Shown: positions 51,103 through 62,100, counted from the first letter of the stretch. The stretch: 64,000 nucleotides of DNA from an uncultured cyanobacterium (GCA_963793425.1 CAWCAG010000005.1:1696001-1760000), one strand, 5' to 3'. The notes: generated by a model not told the origin, from the sequence alone. Translations and numbers: made by a program.

Positions 51103-53265
51103 ATGCCGGGTTTTAAAATGATTATTTCATCCTTGACTTCCCAGATGAGCGCCGTTCCCAAAGACCGAATCTGCTAGCGTTGTTTGCTAAGTATAAACCA
51201 GAATTAGTTGTCTCTGAAAAGGAAAAGGAGATTATCCGCAAAACATCGGATCTCAGTTTTGTCGGTAGAGAAGGGGCGATCGCAGATTTAGATAGGTTAG
51301 TTAAACAAGGTGCGAAGGTTATTTTAATTTATGCTGGGGGTGGTGTTGGCAAAACTACTTTAGCCAGAAGATATCTTCAGCAAAGGTTTAGCCATTTTAT
51401 TGAGTTTGCTATTGCCAAAGAGACTCAAAATATCACCTCAGTAGAAAGCTTGTTGGAGGAGAAGTTAAAGCAATTAGGGGAAGAACCGGGTAGAGAGTTT
51501 GGTGTATCTTTAGAGAGGTTGAAACAGAAGCTTAAACGAGAAAAAATTGGCTTATTGATTGACAACCTCGAACCTGCTTTAGATGAAAAAGGCAAGTTTG
51601 TTACACCTCATCGCTGTTATGTAGAGTTGTTGAGGATTCTAACTGCCCCTCAGTTGCAATCTATTACTCTAATTACCAGCCGCGATCGCATAAGAGAATC
51701 TGCCTTAATTCTTTTTGCTATCACTTGTCAGGTTTAGAAGTGCAGCATGGCAAGAGTTTTTTATTCGTCGTCTTAATGTTATCTCTGCTGTTGAAAAAAT
51801 TGATGTAAACACTTTGCAAGCCATACACAAATACTATGGTGGCAACGCTAAAGCTATGGAAATTCTTAGCAGTGCTATTCAACAGGATTATGACAGCGAC
51901 ATTAAGGCTTATTGGCAAGCTAATCAAAAATATTTACCTAGCGAAGGAGAGTTAGAAGATTTAGTTAACTGTCAGTTTCAGCGTTTAGCAAAGCAAAACT
52001 TAGCTGCTTATAATCTCCTGTGTCGTTTGGGATGTTATCGCTATCAAGATGTTGCTACTGTTCCTTTAGAAGGCATTTTTTCTTTGCTTTGGGATGTGCC
52101 AGAAAGGGAACAGATGAAAACAGTTAATATTTTGCGCGATCGCTCTTTGATTGAATTTTCCAAGGGTGAATATTGGCTACATCCAGTTATTCGTGCGGAG
52201 GCAGTTAGTAAATTAAAGAAGAGTGATGACTGGGAGAAAGCTAATCGTCAAGCAGCACAGTTTTGGACAGAAAGTGTTGAAACAATTAAAAATGAAGAAG
52301 ATGCTTTCCAAGCTTTTGAAGCTTATCACCATTATTTAGAAGTTAATGATATTGATGCAGCTAGTTTGGTGATTACAAATAATAGAGAAAATTCTTGGGA
52401 TGAAGACGAAACACTTGGTACATCTTTCTATAGGTTAGGTTTATTGCAAAAAATGATTTTAGCAATCAATTCATTAGTTACTAAAATAAGTTGTCAAGAT
52501 ACTCTAATGAAAATAACTAATATACTAGGAGATATATACTGGCTAATAGGAGATTTAAAGCAAGGTATAAAGTACCATCAATTATCTGGAGAAGTTGCTC
52601 ACAAAGTTAACAAGAAACGATACGAGGCCTTTTCAACATATAATCAAGGTTTATGCTACATAGATTACTTTGAATTAAATATAGCAGTAGATTGTTTTAA
52701 ACAAACCATCTTACTTACTCAAGGTGATAAAGATATTGAAAAATTTTATATGTTTGAGTGTTCGTTTTGCTTAAGTTTTTTGAAATCTAGTTTAGGTCTT
52801 CAAGAAGAAGCAAGAGCGTTACTATCTCAATATTGGCATCTTGTAGGGAAAGTAAAAGCAAGTTCTTGGAATCAAGGTTATAGTTTATTGTTTATAGGTC
52901 AAACCTATAAAAACTTAGGACAGCTCACAGAAGCATTTGAAATATATCATAGAGCGATTAAATATGCAGAAGAAAGTAACTATACTCAAGTCAAAGCTAA
53001 ATCTCTAACAGGACTTGCAGAACTTTATCGCCTTCAAAAAGAATTTACAACAGCCCTCTCTCATCATACAGAATCCATAGAAATGCTCGATAAAATCGGT
53101 GCTAAATGTGACCTTGCAGAAGCTTACTTTCAATTAGCTTTAACCTATCAAGATATGGAAGAAATAGCCAAAAGCAGAGAAAACTTTGAGCAAGCTATTC
53201 AATTATTCAAGAATATACCAGCACCTAAACAAATAGAAAGAGTGCAACAAGCGATAAAACGATAG
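51103..53265 (+). pseudogene. STAND/NB-ARC-like ATPase-TPR protein, frameshifted
   Basis: FVGRE, GGGVGKTTLA, LLIDNLE, LITSR in ORF 51180-51737; winged helix (LHPVIR) and TPRs in ORF 51715-53265; apparent single-base deletions near 51115, 51705 and 51740. Confidence 0.8.
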
Positions 53266-53364
53266 TAGCATAAAAACCAAGTTTTCCTGAAGCTAATTTG
53301 AAATAGTTCAATGTTTGCTACAAATACTTCTGCGTAAGAGATTTTGATTCCATCTTGGGTTTTT

Positions 53365-53432
53365 GTTGGGTTACGGCAACTCAAAGATTATGATAGTTTC
53401 TCTCAATGATTTTAAGCCTAACCCAACCTACG
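53365..53432. repeat. REP-like hairpin
   Basis: GTTGGGTTA (53365-53373) pairs with TAACCCAAC (53419-53427), followed by CTAC (GTAG on the minus strand). Confidence 0.6.
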
Positions 53433-53460
53433 TTAATAAAGCTTTGGGAAATTGATTTTT

Positions 53461-53505
53461 AAGAGCGCACCTTTTCCACCATATACATAATATCATGTCA
53501 AGGAA
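53461..53505 (-). promoter_or_regulatory. Dnd-associated conserved element, copy 2
   Basis: Reverse complement is 43/45 identical to 10700-10744; about 100 bp upstream of dndC, oriented away from it. Confidence 0.65.
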
Positions 53506-53603
53506 GAAAAATACAACACTACTTTTGAATGTTCCAAATAGAGCTAAAAAAGTTCAATAATCTCTTATGCTCAAATATATGGTAATAGTTTTGAAGGGAG
53601 ACA

Positions 53604-55163
53604 ATGGTTAACTCAACAAAAGCCAACCAAAAGCCGAGTAAGCGAACTGTTCCAGAGTTTGTAGAAGATATCAAGGCGCTAACTACTGAAATACAGGAGT
53701 TATATTCCCTAGACTCAATACCTTGGATTGTCGGTGTATCTGGAGGCAAAGATAGCACTACAGTATTGCAATTAATTTGGAATGCGATCGCCGAGTTGCC
53801 ACCCGAAAAGCGAACTAAGACTATTCATGTTATTACTAACGATACATTAGTAGAAAATCCGGTAGTTTCTGCTTGGGTACGCAAGTCTCTAGAAAAGATG
53901 GAAACGGCGGCCCAACAACAAGGAATGCCTATAGAAACTCATCTAACTTATCCTGAAGTTAGGAATACGTTTTGGGCTTGCTTAATTGGTAAAGGTTATC
54001 CTGCCCCTAGAAATCACTTTCGTTGGTGTACAGAAAGACTCAAAATAAAACCGGCTAATCGTTTTATCCGAGAAGTAGTTAGGGAGCATGGAGAAACGAT
54101 TTTAGCTTTGGGTACACGCAAAGCAGAAAGTGCTAAACGAGCAGCAACAATGGAGAAACACGAAGCAAAAAGATTGCGGGATCATCTTAGCCCTCATGGC
54201 AGTTTACCTAACTCCTTGATTTATTCTCCCATTGAAGATTGGCGTACTGATGAAGTTTGGCTTTATCTTAATCAGTGGCAGAATCCTTGGGGAGTTGATA
54301 ATAAAGACTTGTTCGCTATGTATCGGGGGGCAACAGCAGATAATGAATGTCCTTTAGTAGTAGATACTTCTACCCCTAGTTGTGGTAGTTCCCGTTTTGG
54401 TTGTTGGGTTTGTACATTAGTTAATAAAGATAAATCTATGGAGGCAATGATCCAAAATGATCAGGAAAAAGAATGGATGCAACCTCTTTTGGATATTAGG
54501 AATGAGTTAGATGTAGAAAATGATCGCGATCGCAGAGATTTTCGTCGTATCTTTGGCAAGGTTCAACTCTTTGAAAAAGAGAAAGATGGCAAAACTTCTG
54601 TAGAGAATATCCCCGGTCCTTATACGAGATATTGGCGAGAATATTGGTTAACAAAAGTGCTGGAGGCACAAACTACAGTTCGCAAAACTGCACCAACAGA
54701 CATGGGAGATATAACCTTAATTACTCCGGAAGAGTTGAGTGAAATACGCCGCATTTGGTTAGAAGAGAAGCATGAGTTTGATGATAGCTTGCCTCGTATT
54801 TATGAAGAAGTGACAGGAGAAAAGTTTATTGATACTCGCCCTGGATCTGATAGTAGCTTATTGGGTGCAGAAGAATGGCATACTTTAACAGAAATTTGTG
54901 ATGATGCTATGCACCTAGAGTTGATGGCGAAACTAATAGATACTGAACGACAATATTATACTAAAGCAACGCGAAGTGGTATTTATCAAGCCTTGGAAGA
55001 ATGTTTTGTAACTAGTTCCCGTTCTCAAGATGAAGCAATGAAAAATGCCCACTTCAAAAGGAATGTTAAGAATGCTGCGACAGCAGGAGATGTTAATACT
55101 TTAAAAAGTGAATTAGAATCTCAACAATTAAGTTGGGGAAATGTGAAATTTCCTAACTCTTGA
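53604..55163 (+). CDS. dndC: DNA phosphorothioation sulfurtransferase DndC
   Basis: PAPS-reductase-like SGGKDS, DTLVENP, GYPAP..FRWCTERLKI, SCGSSRFGCWVC. Confidence 0.95.
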   Translation: MVNSTKANQKPSKRTVPEFVEDIKALTTEIQELYSLDSIPWIVGVSGGKDSTTVLQLIWNAIAELPPEKRTKTIHVITNDTLVENPVVSAWVRKSLEKMETAAQQQGMPIETHLTYPEVRNTFWACLIGKGYPAPRNHFRWCTERLKIKPANRFIREVVREHGETILALGTRKAESAKRAATMEKHEAKRLRDHLSPHGSLPNSLIYSPIEDWRTDEVWLYLNQWQNPWGVDNKDLFAMYRGATADNECPLVVDTSTPSCGSSRFGCWVCTLVNKDKSMEAMIQNDQEKEWMQPLLDIRNELDVENDRDRRDFRRIFGKVQLFEKEKDGKTSVENIPGPYTRYWREYWLTKVLEAQTTVRKTAPTDMGDITLITPEELSEIRRIWLEEKHEFDDSLPRIYEEVTGEKFIDTRPGSDSSLLGAEEWHTLTEICDDAMHLELMAKLIDTERQYYTKATRSGIYQALEECFVTSSRSQDEAMKNAHFKRNVKNAATAGDVNTLKSELESQQLSWGNVKFPNS

Positions 55164-55248
55164 AAAAAAATACTTTGAGAGTAATCTTGCTGTTGTTAAC
55201 CTAATAGTGATAGTATTTTGCACTTGTTGGCACTTCCCAGGTAAATGA

Positions 55249-57234
55249 GTGAGATTCTGCGAACTAGTTTTACAAAATTTTGGCCCTTATAAGGGGCGTA
55301 ATGTTCTGAATTTCCAACTTCCGGTTGAGGAAGAGGATACAAGCCCGATTATCTTGTTAGGAGGAATGAATGGTGGCGGCAAAACTACTCTTATGGATGC
55401 CATACGGCTGGCTTTTTATGGTAGTCGCGCCCAATGTTCTACCCGTGGTAACTTAAGCTATGGAGATTTTCTTACCCAATCGGTACACAAGTTAGCTAAG
55501 GCAACAGAAGAGGCTTGTATTGAGTTGGCTTTTGAACATATTTATAATAGCCAACAGGCAGTTTTTCGGATTAGAAGGAGTTGGTTAAGGAATCCGAGAA
55601 ATGGTAAGGATACTTTAAGTATTGCTGTTGATAAATGGTTTGATGATGCTTTAACTAAAACTTGGGATGAGAGAATAGAAGATATTTTCCCTTTAGGTAT
55701 TTCTAATCTTTTCCTTTTTGATGGAGAACAGGTAAAAGAGTTAGCAGAGTTAGAGACTCCGCCAGCTATAGTTATTGAAGCAATTCAATCTCTTTTAGGA
55801 TTAGAATTAGCAGAAAAATTGAGCGTGGATTTAGATATTTTAGTTAATCGTAAAAGGAAAACTTTAGCGACGGCAAAGCAGCGTCTTAATATTGAAGGGA
55901 TTGAGAAAAAAATTAAGCAACAAAAAGATAGTTTGGCAATTGCGAAGCGAGAATTAACTGAATTACAAACTAAATTAGCTGGAGCGCAGGAAAGACAGCA
56001 AATAGCCACAAGTAATTTTATTGTGGAAGGAGGAAAGATTGCCGCAAAGCGTTCTCAATTAGAAGCAGGAATTACCCAATTAACAATAGAAAAAGAGGAA
56101 CAGTATCAAAGTTTAAAAGACGTTGCCGGGGATGTTCTGCCTTTAGGATTAATTATACCTTTGTTAACAGCAACTCACCAACAAGGAGAGGTGGAAGTTA
56201 AAAGAGAACAGGCACAAATTGCTAGGGAGGTATTAATAGAAAGAGATGAACATTTGCTAGAATATATACAATCTATTTCTTTAGCTAAAATTAAATTAAA
56301 GCAAATCGAAGCTTTCTTGGCAGCAGAGAATCAATCCTTAGCCACAGAAATTGAAGCAGAAGAGGACGCTTATTTAAAGTGTGGTAGCGAGGCTATTAAG
56401 CAATTAAATCAACTTCTAGAAACGGAACTGCCCAGGCAAATTACTATCACTCAAGAAAAGTTAGAGAAATTGCAGCAAATAGAAGTAGAAATAAATTCTC
56501 AAGAACGCCAATTAGCAATGGCGGCCCCCCCAGAAGCCTATGAAAAATTAGAAAAAGCCTTAGAGAAAGCACAACAAGAATTAGGTAAAGTACAGGCTGA
56601 ATATGAAGTAAGCAGGAAAAACTGTGGGGAAATAGAACGGAGAATTATTGAAACGAAAAAAGAGTTACAAAAGTATGGGGAAGAACATATTGATCGTAGT
56701 AACGACGAACATATTATTAAATCAGCAGCTAAGGTACAACAAACTCTCCAACTATTTCGAGACAAGCTAACCCTAAAAAAACTCAATCGTTTGGAAGTGG
56801 AAGTAACAGAATGTTTTCGCTATCTCATTCATAAAGAGGATTTTGTTCATCGTATTACTATTGATAGTGAAAGTTTTCGCCTTTCTCTTTACGATTTTCA
56901 AGGAGAATCTTTACCTAAACACCGACTTTCTGCCGGAGAAAAACAACTTTTAGCCATTGCTTTTCTCTGGGGGCTAGCGAGAGTTTCAGGACGCAATTTA
57001 CCCGTAGCCATTGACACTCCTTTAGGAAGATTAGATTCAGAACACCGCCACAATTTAGTTGAGCGATATTTTCCTGCGGCTTCTCACCAAGTTATTCTCC
57101 TTTCTACGGATACAGAAATAGGTAAAACCGAAATAGAACAGTTAAGAAAATCCGAAGCGATCGCACTTGAATATTTATTAAAATACAACCACAAAAATCA
57201 ACAAACTACCATAGAAGAAGGCTATTTCTGGTAA
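55249..57234 (+). CDS. dndD: DNA sulfur modification ATPase DndD
   Basis: SMC-like: GGMNGGGKTT, LFLFDGEQ, long coiled coil, LSAGEKQ, IDTPLGRLD, HQVILLSTDTEI, ends GYFW. Confidence 0.95.
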   Translation: MRFCELVLQNFGPYKGRNVLNFQLPVEEEDTSPIILLGGMNGGGKTTLMDAIRLAFYGSRAQCSTRGNLSYGDFLTQSVHKLAKATEEACIELAFEHIYNSQQAVFRIRRSWLRNPRNGKDTLSIAVDKWFDDALTKTWDERIEDIFPLGISNLFLFDGEQVKELAELETPPAIVIEAIQSLLGLELAEKLSVDLDILVNRKRKTLATAKQRLNIEGIEKKIKQQKDSLAIAKRELTELQTKLAGAQERQQIATSNFIVEGGKIAAKRSQLEAGITQLTIEKEEQYQSLKDVAGDVLPLGLIIPLLTATHQQGEVEVKREQAQIAREVLIERDEHLLEYIQSISLAKIKLKQIEAFLAAENQSLATEIEAEEDAYLKCGSEAIKQLNQLLETELPRQITITQEKLEKLQQIEVEINSQERQLAMAAPPEAYEKLEKALEKAQQELGKVQAEYEVSRKNCGEIERRIIETKKELQKYGEEHIDRSNDEHIIKSAAKVQQTLQLFRDKLTLKKLNRLEVEVTECFRYLIHKEDFVHRITIDSESFRLSLYDFQGESLPKHRLSAGEKQLLAIAFLWGLARVSGRNLPVAIDTPLGRLDSEHRHNLVERYFPAASHQVILLSTDTEIGKTEIEQLRKSEAIALEYLLKYNHKNQQTTIEEGYFW

Positions 57235-57242
57235 TAGGATAT

Positions 57243-57300
57243 CCTACCCTTGTGGCATGACTTATCTGTAAGGGTAGGGAGTAGGGAGTAGGGAGTAGGG
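57243..57300. repeat. Hairpin plus (GTAGGGA)~4 tandem repeat after dndD
   Basis: CCTACCCTT (57243-57251) pairs with AAGGGTAGG (57270-57278); G3 tracts repeated. Confidence 0.7.
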
Positions 57301-57357
57301 TTTGAGAAGTTCATTCGGTAGATTTTATCTAGGGTACTTCAGTACCCTGATTTGCTA

Positions 57358-59013
57358 TTATTCTGGAAAGAAAACAATCGAATCATCCAGGGGTTTAATT
57401 TCTGTATTAGGGTAGTAGAAATCTAGAATTTTCTGGGAAGACCAACCAAGATTAGCTAGATTATAAGAACCATATTGACTCATACCAACTCCGTGACCAA
57501 AACCACCGCCGATAAATTTGTAGGCTGTTAAGTTTTGGTTTGCCCCGTAAACGGGTTCAAGATAAAATAGGGTACTACGAGGGGGACCAAAAGCGCTACG
57601 GGCTTCGTTTTTATGCAGTTCCACCAAACCTTTGTCGGTTTCCGCCGTTAAAGTAAGTACCCTTCCCGAAGGCGATCGCTCGGTAATCTCCATCTTATTG
57701 ATGGTGGTGAAGCCTGCTAAGGGGCTTTTTGTGTTGGTAAGGTAGCGTTGTAAGTCTTTGGTTAACTGCTCAATACTACTTTGTTTATTCCAGCGAAAAG
57801 CATCAACATCACTTTCATTAAAACCAGCCTTAGAAGCAATAAATTGACGAAAATTGGCCTCATTTTCCAGAGGTTTTTGGGATAAATCCCACATGGGGTT
57901 AGGAGAGTCAATGACAGGCTGGAGATAGGGACGTTTTTCACCATCCCAAATATCCCCAAAAGAGGCTGTAACTCCTCCTGTAGCAGCAGAATAGAGGGCA
58001 TCTACCAGTTCATTTTCATAGGTTAAAACTAGTCCTGTTGTAGCCGCGATCGCCTTATCCGCAGAAGCGCTAGTTCCGCTTAAACCGCGATAAACTTGAC
58101 AATGAACTGTGGCACAAAGTTGGTAATCATCAGCCTTGAAGCGTCGTAGGTTTCTCAGGGCGTAGGTACGGGCGATAATAGTTTGAGCTTCCACAGCATT
58201 GTAGGGGGCATTGGGACCAATTTCGTGGGGAACTACCCCCCGTAAATAGGTTTCCAGGGGAACATGGTTAACCAAACTGAAGTCGTCGTAAGCATTGGGT
58301 TGAAATTCTAAATACCCAGAGTATAAATAGGGGCTACGTTTGTCTTCTTGATCAAGAACTTGAATCAACTCATTATCTGCGGTGATAGTTAATTTTTGGC
58401 GATTATAGCGATAACCTCCTACGGTAAAAGCAATTTTCTTTTCTGTTTCTAAAACCTCTGTTTCTAAATAGGTATCCTGATAACCTTGAGCCTGTAAAGT
58501 CTCTAAAAGCAAACGTCGCAATAAAGGGGTTTGGTAAACATCTCTTTTCGCCCAAACTTGCCAGCGCCCTGGTTGGGTAACTTCTGTTGCTACCCCCAAC
58601 TCTTCCCAGCCAAGGGAACTATCTTCGGCCGTTTCAAAGGTAGAGCGATCACTAAGAATAACTTTTTCGACTACTTTTGGTTCAGCTAAGGGAGTACTGC
58701 TGAGTTGTACCTTAACTTCCTGCACTTCTACAGTCGTTGAACTCATATCTCCAGCGAGGAATTGCAGAGTTAGTTTCCCTCCTCCGGTAGCAGAAATAGT
58801 CAGTTCATCTGTGGATTCTTCACCAAAACGCTGAACAACCCCAACTTCCAAGATTACATCTGTGTTTTCCTTCTGTTTTGTCTCTTCTTCTTTAGGGGCA
58901 AAAGCAACTGCTAGTCCGGCAATACAGATAAAGGAAATCATTGCCCCTAATCCACGAAAAATGAGCTTCTTTTTGCTACCCTGAGATTTTCGTTCAACCA
59001 TCATCTCCCCCAT
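57358..59013 (-). CDS. SpoIID/LytB domain protein
   Basis: LETYLRGVVPHE, AQTIIARTYA, HCQVYRG, GGGFGHGVGMSQYG, ILDFYYP. Confidence 0.93.
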   Translation of the reverse strand: MGEMMVERKSQGSKKKLIFRGLGAMISFICIAGLAVAFAPKEEETKQKENTDVILEVGVVQRFGEESTDELTISATGGGKLTLQFLAGDMSSTTVEVQEVKVQLSSTPLAEPKVVEKVILSDRSTFETAEDSSLGWEELGVATEVTQPGRWQVWAKRDVYQTPLLRRLLLETLQAQGYQDTYLETEVLETEKKIAFTVGGYRYNRQKLTITADNELIQVLDQEDKRSPYLYSGYLEFQPNAYDDFSLVNHVPLETYLRGVVPHEIGPNAPYNAVEAQTIIARTYALRNLRRFKADDYQLCATVHCQVYRGLSGTSASADKAIAATTGLVLTYENELVDALYSAATGGVTASFGDIWDGEKRPYLQPVIDSPNPMWDLSQKPLENEANFRQFIASKAGFNESDVDAFRWNKQSSIEQLTKDLQRYLTNTKSPLAGFTTINKMEITERSPSGRVLTLTAETDKGLVELHKNEARSAFGPPRSTLFYLEPVYGANQNLTAYKFIGGGFGHGVGMSQYGSYNLANLGWSSQKILDFYYPNTEIKPLDDSIVFFPE

Positions 59014-59144
59014 TTGAGTTTAACTGTGCCACAATAACAGTCTTCTTAGCCTAGAACCAGTAATCAGCATCCAGGGTTAAGGTTAGTATTAAATATGACT
59101 GTTAGAACAATTTTCTTGATTTAGATAGTTTTAATTTTTAATTT

Positions 59145-62100
59145 TCAAGCCTCAGTACTACTTTCAGTTAATATCTCTCCCGCCAGTAACTTTTTCGCTG
59201 CATTGAGTAAAGTTGCTTCTACATAGGGCTTCGTAAAATAGGCCTTTGCTCCTCGTTCTGCGGCTATTTGACGATGTTTTTGCGCTCCACGAGAAGTTAA
59301 CATAGCCACTGGCAGTTTGCTTAGTTCTTCGTCTTGCTGGAGCTTGGTGAGTAAGTCTAAACCATTCATCCTCGGCATTTCAATATCACAGAAAGCCAGA
59401 TCGCACATTAACCCATCTTGAAGTTTTTCCCAAGCTTCTTGCCCATCCCTAGCTTGTTCAACGCTATAACCAGCTTTGATAAAGGTTTCTGAAAGTAGTT
59501 CCCGTACCACAATAGAGTCGTCAATAATTAATACTAAAGGTTCTTGTTGGCTAATTGTTTCTACTGGTGCTGGTGTTTCTGGTTGAATTATAGGTTGAGT
59601 TGGGGTTTTGAGGGCTTTTGCCAGGGCTTGGGGTTCATGAACACGGCTAACGCGGGTACTACCTTCGAGTAAGACTTCTCCTTGCATCATTCTCTGGGCC
59701 CCATCAAGGAGATTTTCTTCCAAATAGGGTTTAGTGAAGTAACCATTCGCCCCCAATTCAGCAGCAGCCTCTTTATGTCTTGCTGCACCACGGGAGGTAA
59801 GCATAGCAATAGGTAGGTTTTTGAGTTGTTCGTCTTTTTGTAAGCGACCCAATAGCTCTAAGCCATTCATCCGGGGCATTTCAATGTCGCAGAAAACAAT
59901 ATTGCAAGGCAGCCCAGAACGCAGTTTTTCCCAAGCTTCTTGACCATCTCTAGCTTGTTCAACGCGATAGCCGGCTTTATTAAAGGTGATGGAAAGTAGT
60001 TCCCTAACAGTGATAGAGTCGTCTACTATTAGCACCATAGGTTCACTTTGGCTAATTTCTGGGGTTGATTTAGCTGGAACATTGTTCTCTTGCCAAGTAC
60101 CACCAGAGTTGCTACGACCATGAAACAGATCCATTAGTTCCAAAACATCGGCGATGGGCATTACTCTACCATCTCCCAATACTGTAGCCCCAGCAATACC
60201 CAATGGTTTGGGTACAGGGCCAGTTAGTTGTTTGATGACAATTTCTTGTTCTTCTAGAACTTGATCTACTTCTACAGCAATAAAGTTACCGGCACTACGC
60301 AGGACAAGAATAGAATTTAATTCATCTTGTCTCTTACCGCGATACATTTTTCTTCTTCCCAAGCGGCGATTATAGCTTAGCAATTCGGTGATGGGTTTAA
60401 AGGGGAGTAGATTATCTCGCCAATGGATGCAGGTTTCTCCTTGGGCGTTAGTTTGTATTTGGCTGGCTGAAACATCAATGACATCTTCCACTCCATCCAT
60501 GGGGAAGGCAATACTGGTATTTTCCACCCGGCAACAAAGGGCAGGGGAAATGCTGAGGTTCAAAGGTAGCCGAATGGTAAAGGTTGTTCCTTTGCCTAAA
60601 TCTGAGTCTATGGCAACAGTACCGCGAATTTCCATGATACTGTTGCGTACCACATCCATACCGACACCTCGCCCCGCAAAGTTGTCAGCTTGGTCGTTGG
60701 TACTAAAACCCGGTTGGAATAGTAAACCATAAACTTCTTGGTCGGAGATTTGTTGGGCTTCTACTGAAGAAATTAAACCTTTGTCTACGGCTTTGCGCTT
60801 GACCACATCTACTGGAATTCCGCCCCCATCATCAGCAACGGTAATGATGGTTTGGTTGCCTTGGTGGAAGGCGGAAACGGTTATTTTGCCTGCTGGGGTC
60901 TTCCCGGCTTTTAGGCGAACTTCCGCAGGCTCAATGCCATGGTAGAGGGCATTGTTAACTAAGTGAGTGAGGGGGTCAGAAAGATGTTCTAAAATCATCT
61001 TATCAATGAGAGTTTCTCGCCCTTCAAGTTGGATTTGGGCTTGTTTGTTTAATTCTTGAGAAACTCGCTTGACAGCAATGGGTAAGCGACTGGCGGTTCT
61101 GTCAAAGGGAACCATGCGGGCTTTGGTTAAACCTTCTTGCATTTGACCTGTGACATGGCGCAGGTTTCTGGCCACTTGGTCAACTTCTTCAACAATTAAG
61201 CCAATATCCGAAGCTGATTCCCTCACCCTCACCACTAGTTCGATCATTTCTTGGGAGAGGAGGTGGAAGCCAGAGAAGCGATCCATTTCGAGGGGATCGT
61301 AACTTTGGTCGCCAGAGCCACCATTCCGACTAGGGCCTATGTCTATACCCACTGTGGCTCGATTATGTCTTTGACGGCTGGCTAAGAGGGAACTTTCTAG
61401 GAGCGATCGCTCATATAAGTCTTGCATTCTCGACCCCACATCGCTTAAATTACCTGCTTGTTGCAAGAGGCTATCTAAGGACTGACGCAGCATTTCTTGG
61501 TCTTTTTCTAAGCCGTTGCGGTTAACAACTAATTCCCCCATCAGGTTAATGAGGTTGTCGAGTTGTTTGACAGGAACTTTGAGAGTCTGCTCAAAAATAC
61601 TGACTTTCTTTTGGGAATTTCCAGAGGTAGGACGCTGTTGTCCTGAACGGGGTACAACACTTGGTGTTCCCCCAACCTGGCTTTCAATATCTTTAAGCAA
61701 GTCCTCTAAGTCGCTAAATTCGTCTTCTAAGCTATTACTATCTACTTGAGAGGGGTTTGCTGAACTGGAGAGTTGAATATTTTGTTCTTGAGGTGAATCT
61801 GCACCAACTGAGTTTTGGAGTAAGTTTTCTAACTGCTCAAAAGCCCCAATGCCATTTAATTCAGCTAAAACTTTGGCTGTGGAGTCTTCTTTGATTAAGG
61901 CTTCTAATTCTTGAAAGGATGTGTAGTATTCTAAGGTTTCTTCCTTTGCTGGTTGAGAAGAAGTTTCTGCTGGTTCAGTAACAGAATCCTCTGCATCCCA
62001 ATCAAAGAGAGATTCTAAAGATTGAGCTTCTTCTGCTTCTGTATCTATTTCTAGGCTTTGAGAATCATCTAAGAGGGCATCCAAGTCATCTAAGGATACT

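Noticed and set aside
53519..53758. 79-aa minus-strand ORF as a possible dndE
   Set aside because: Antisense to the dndC start, with no DndE-like features
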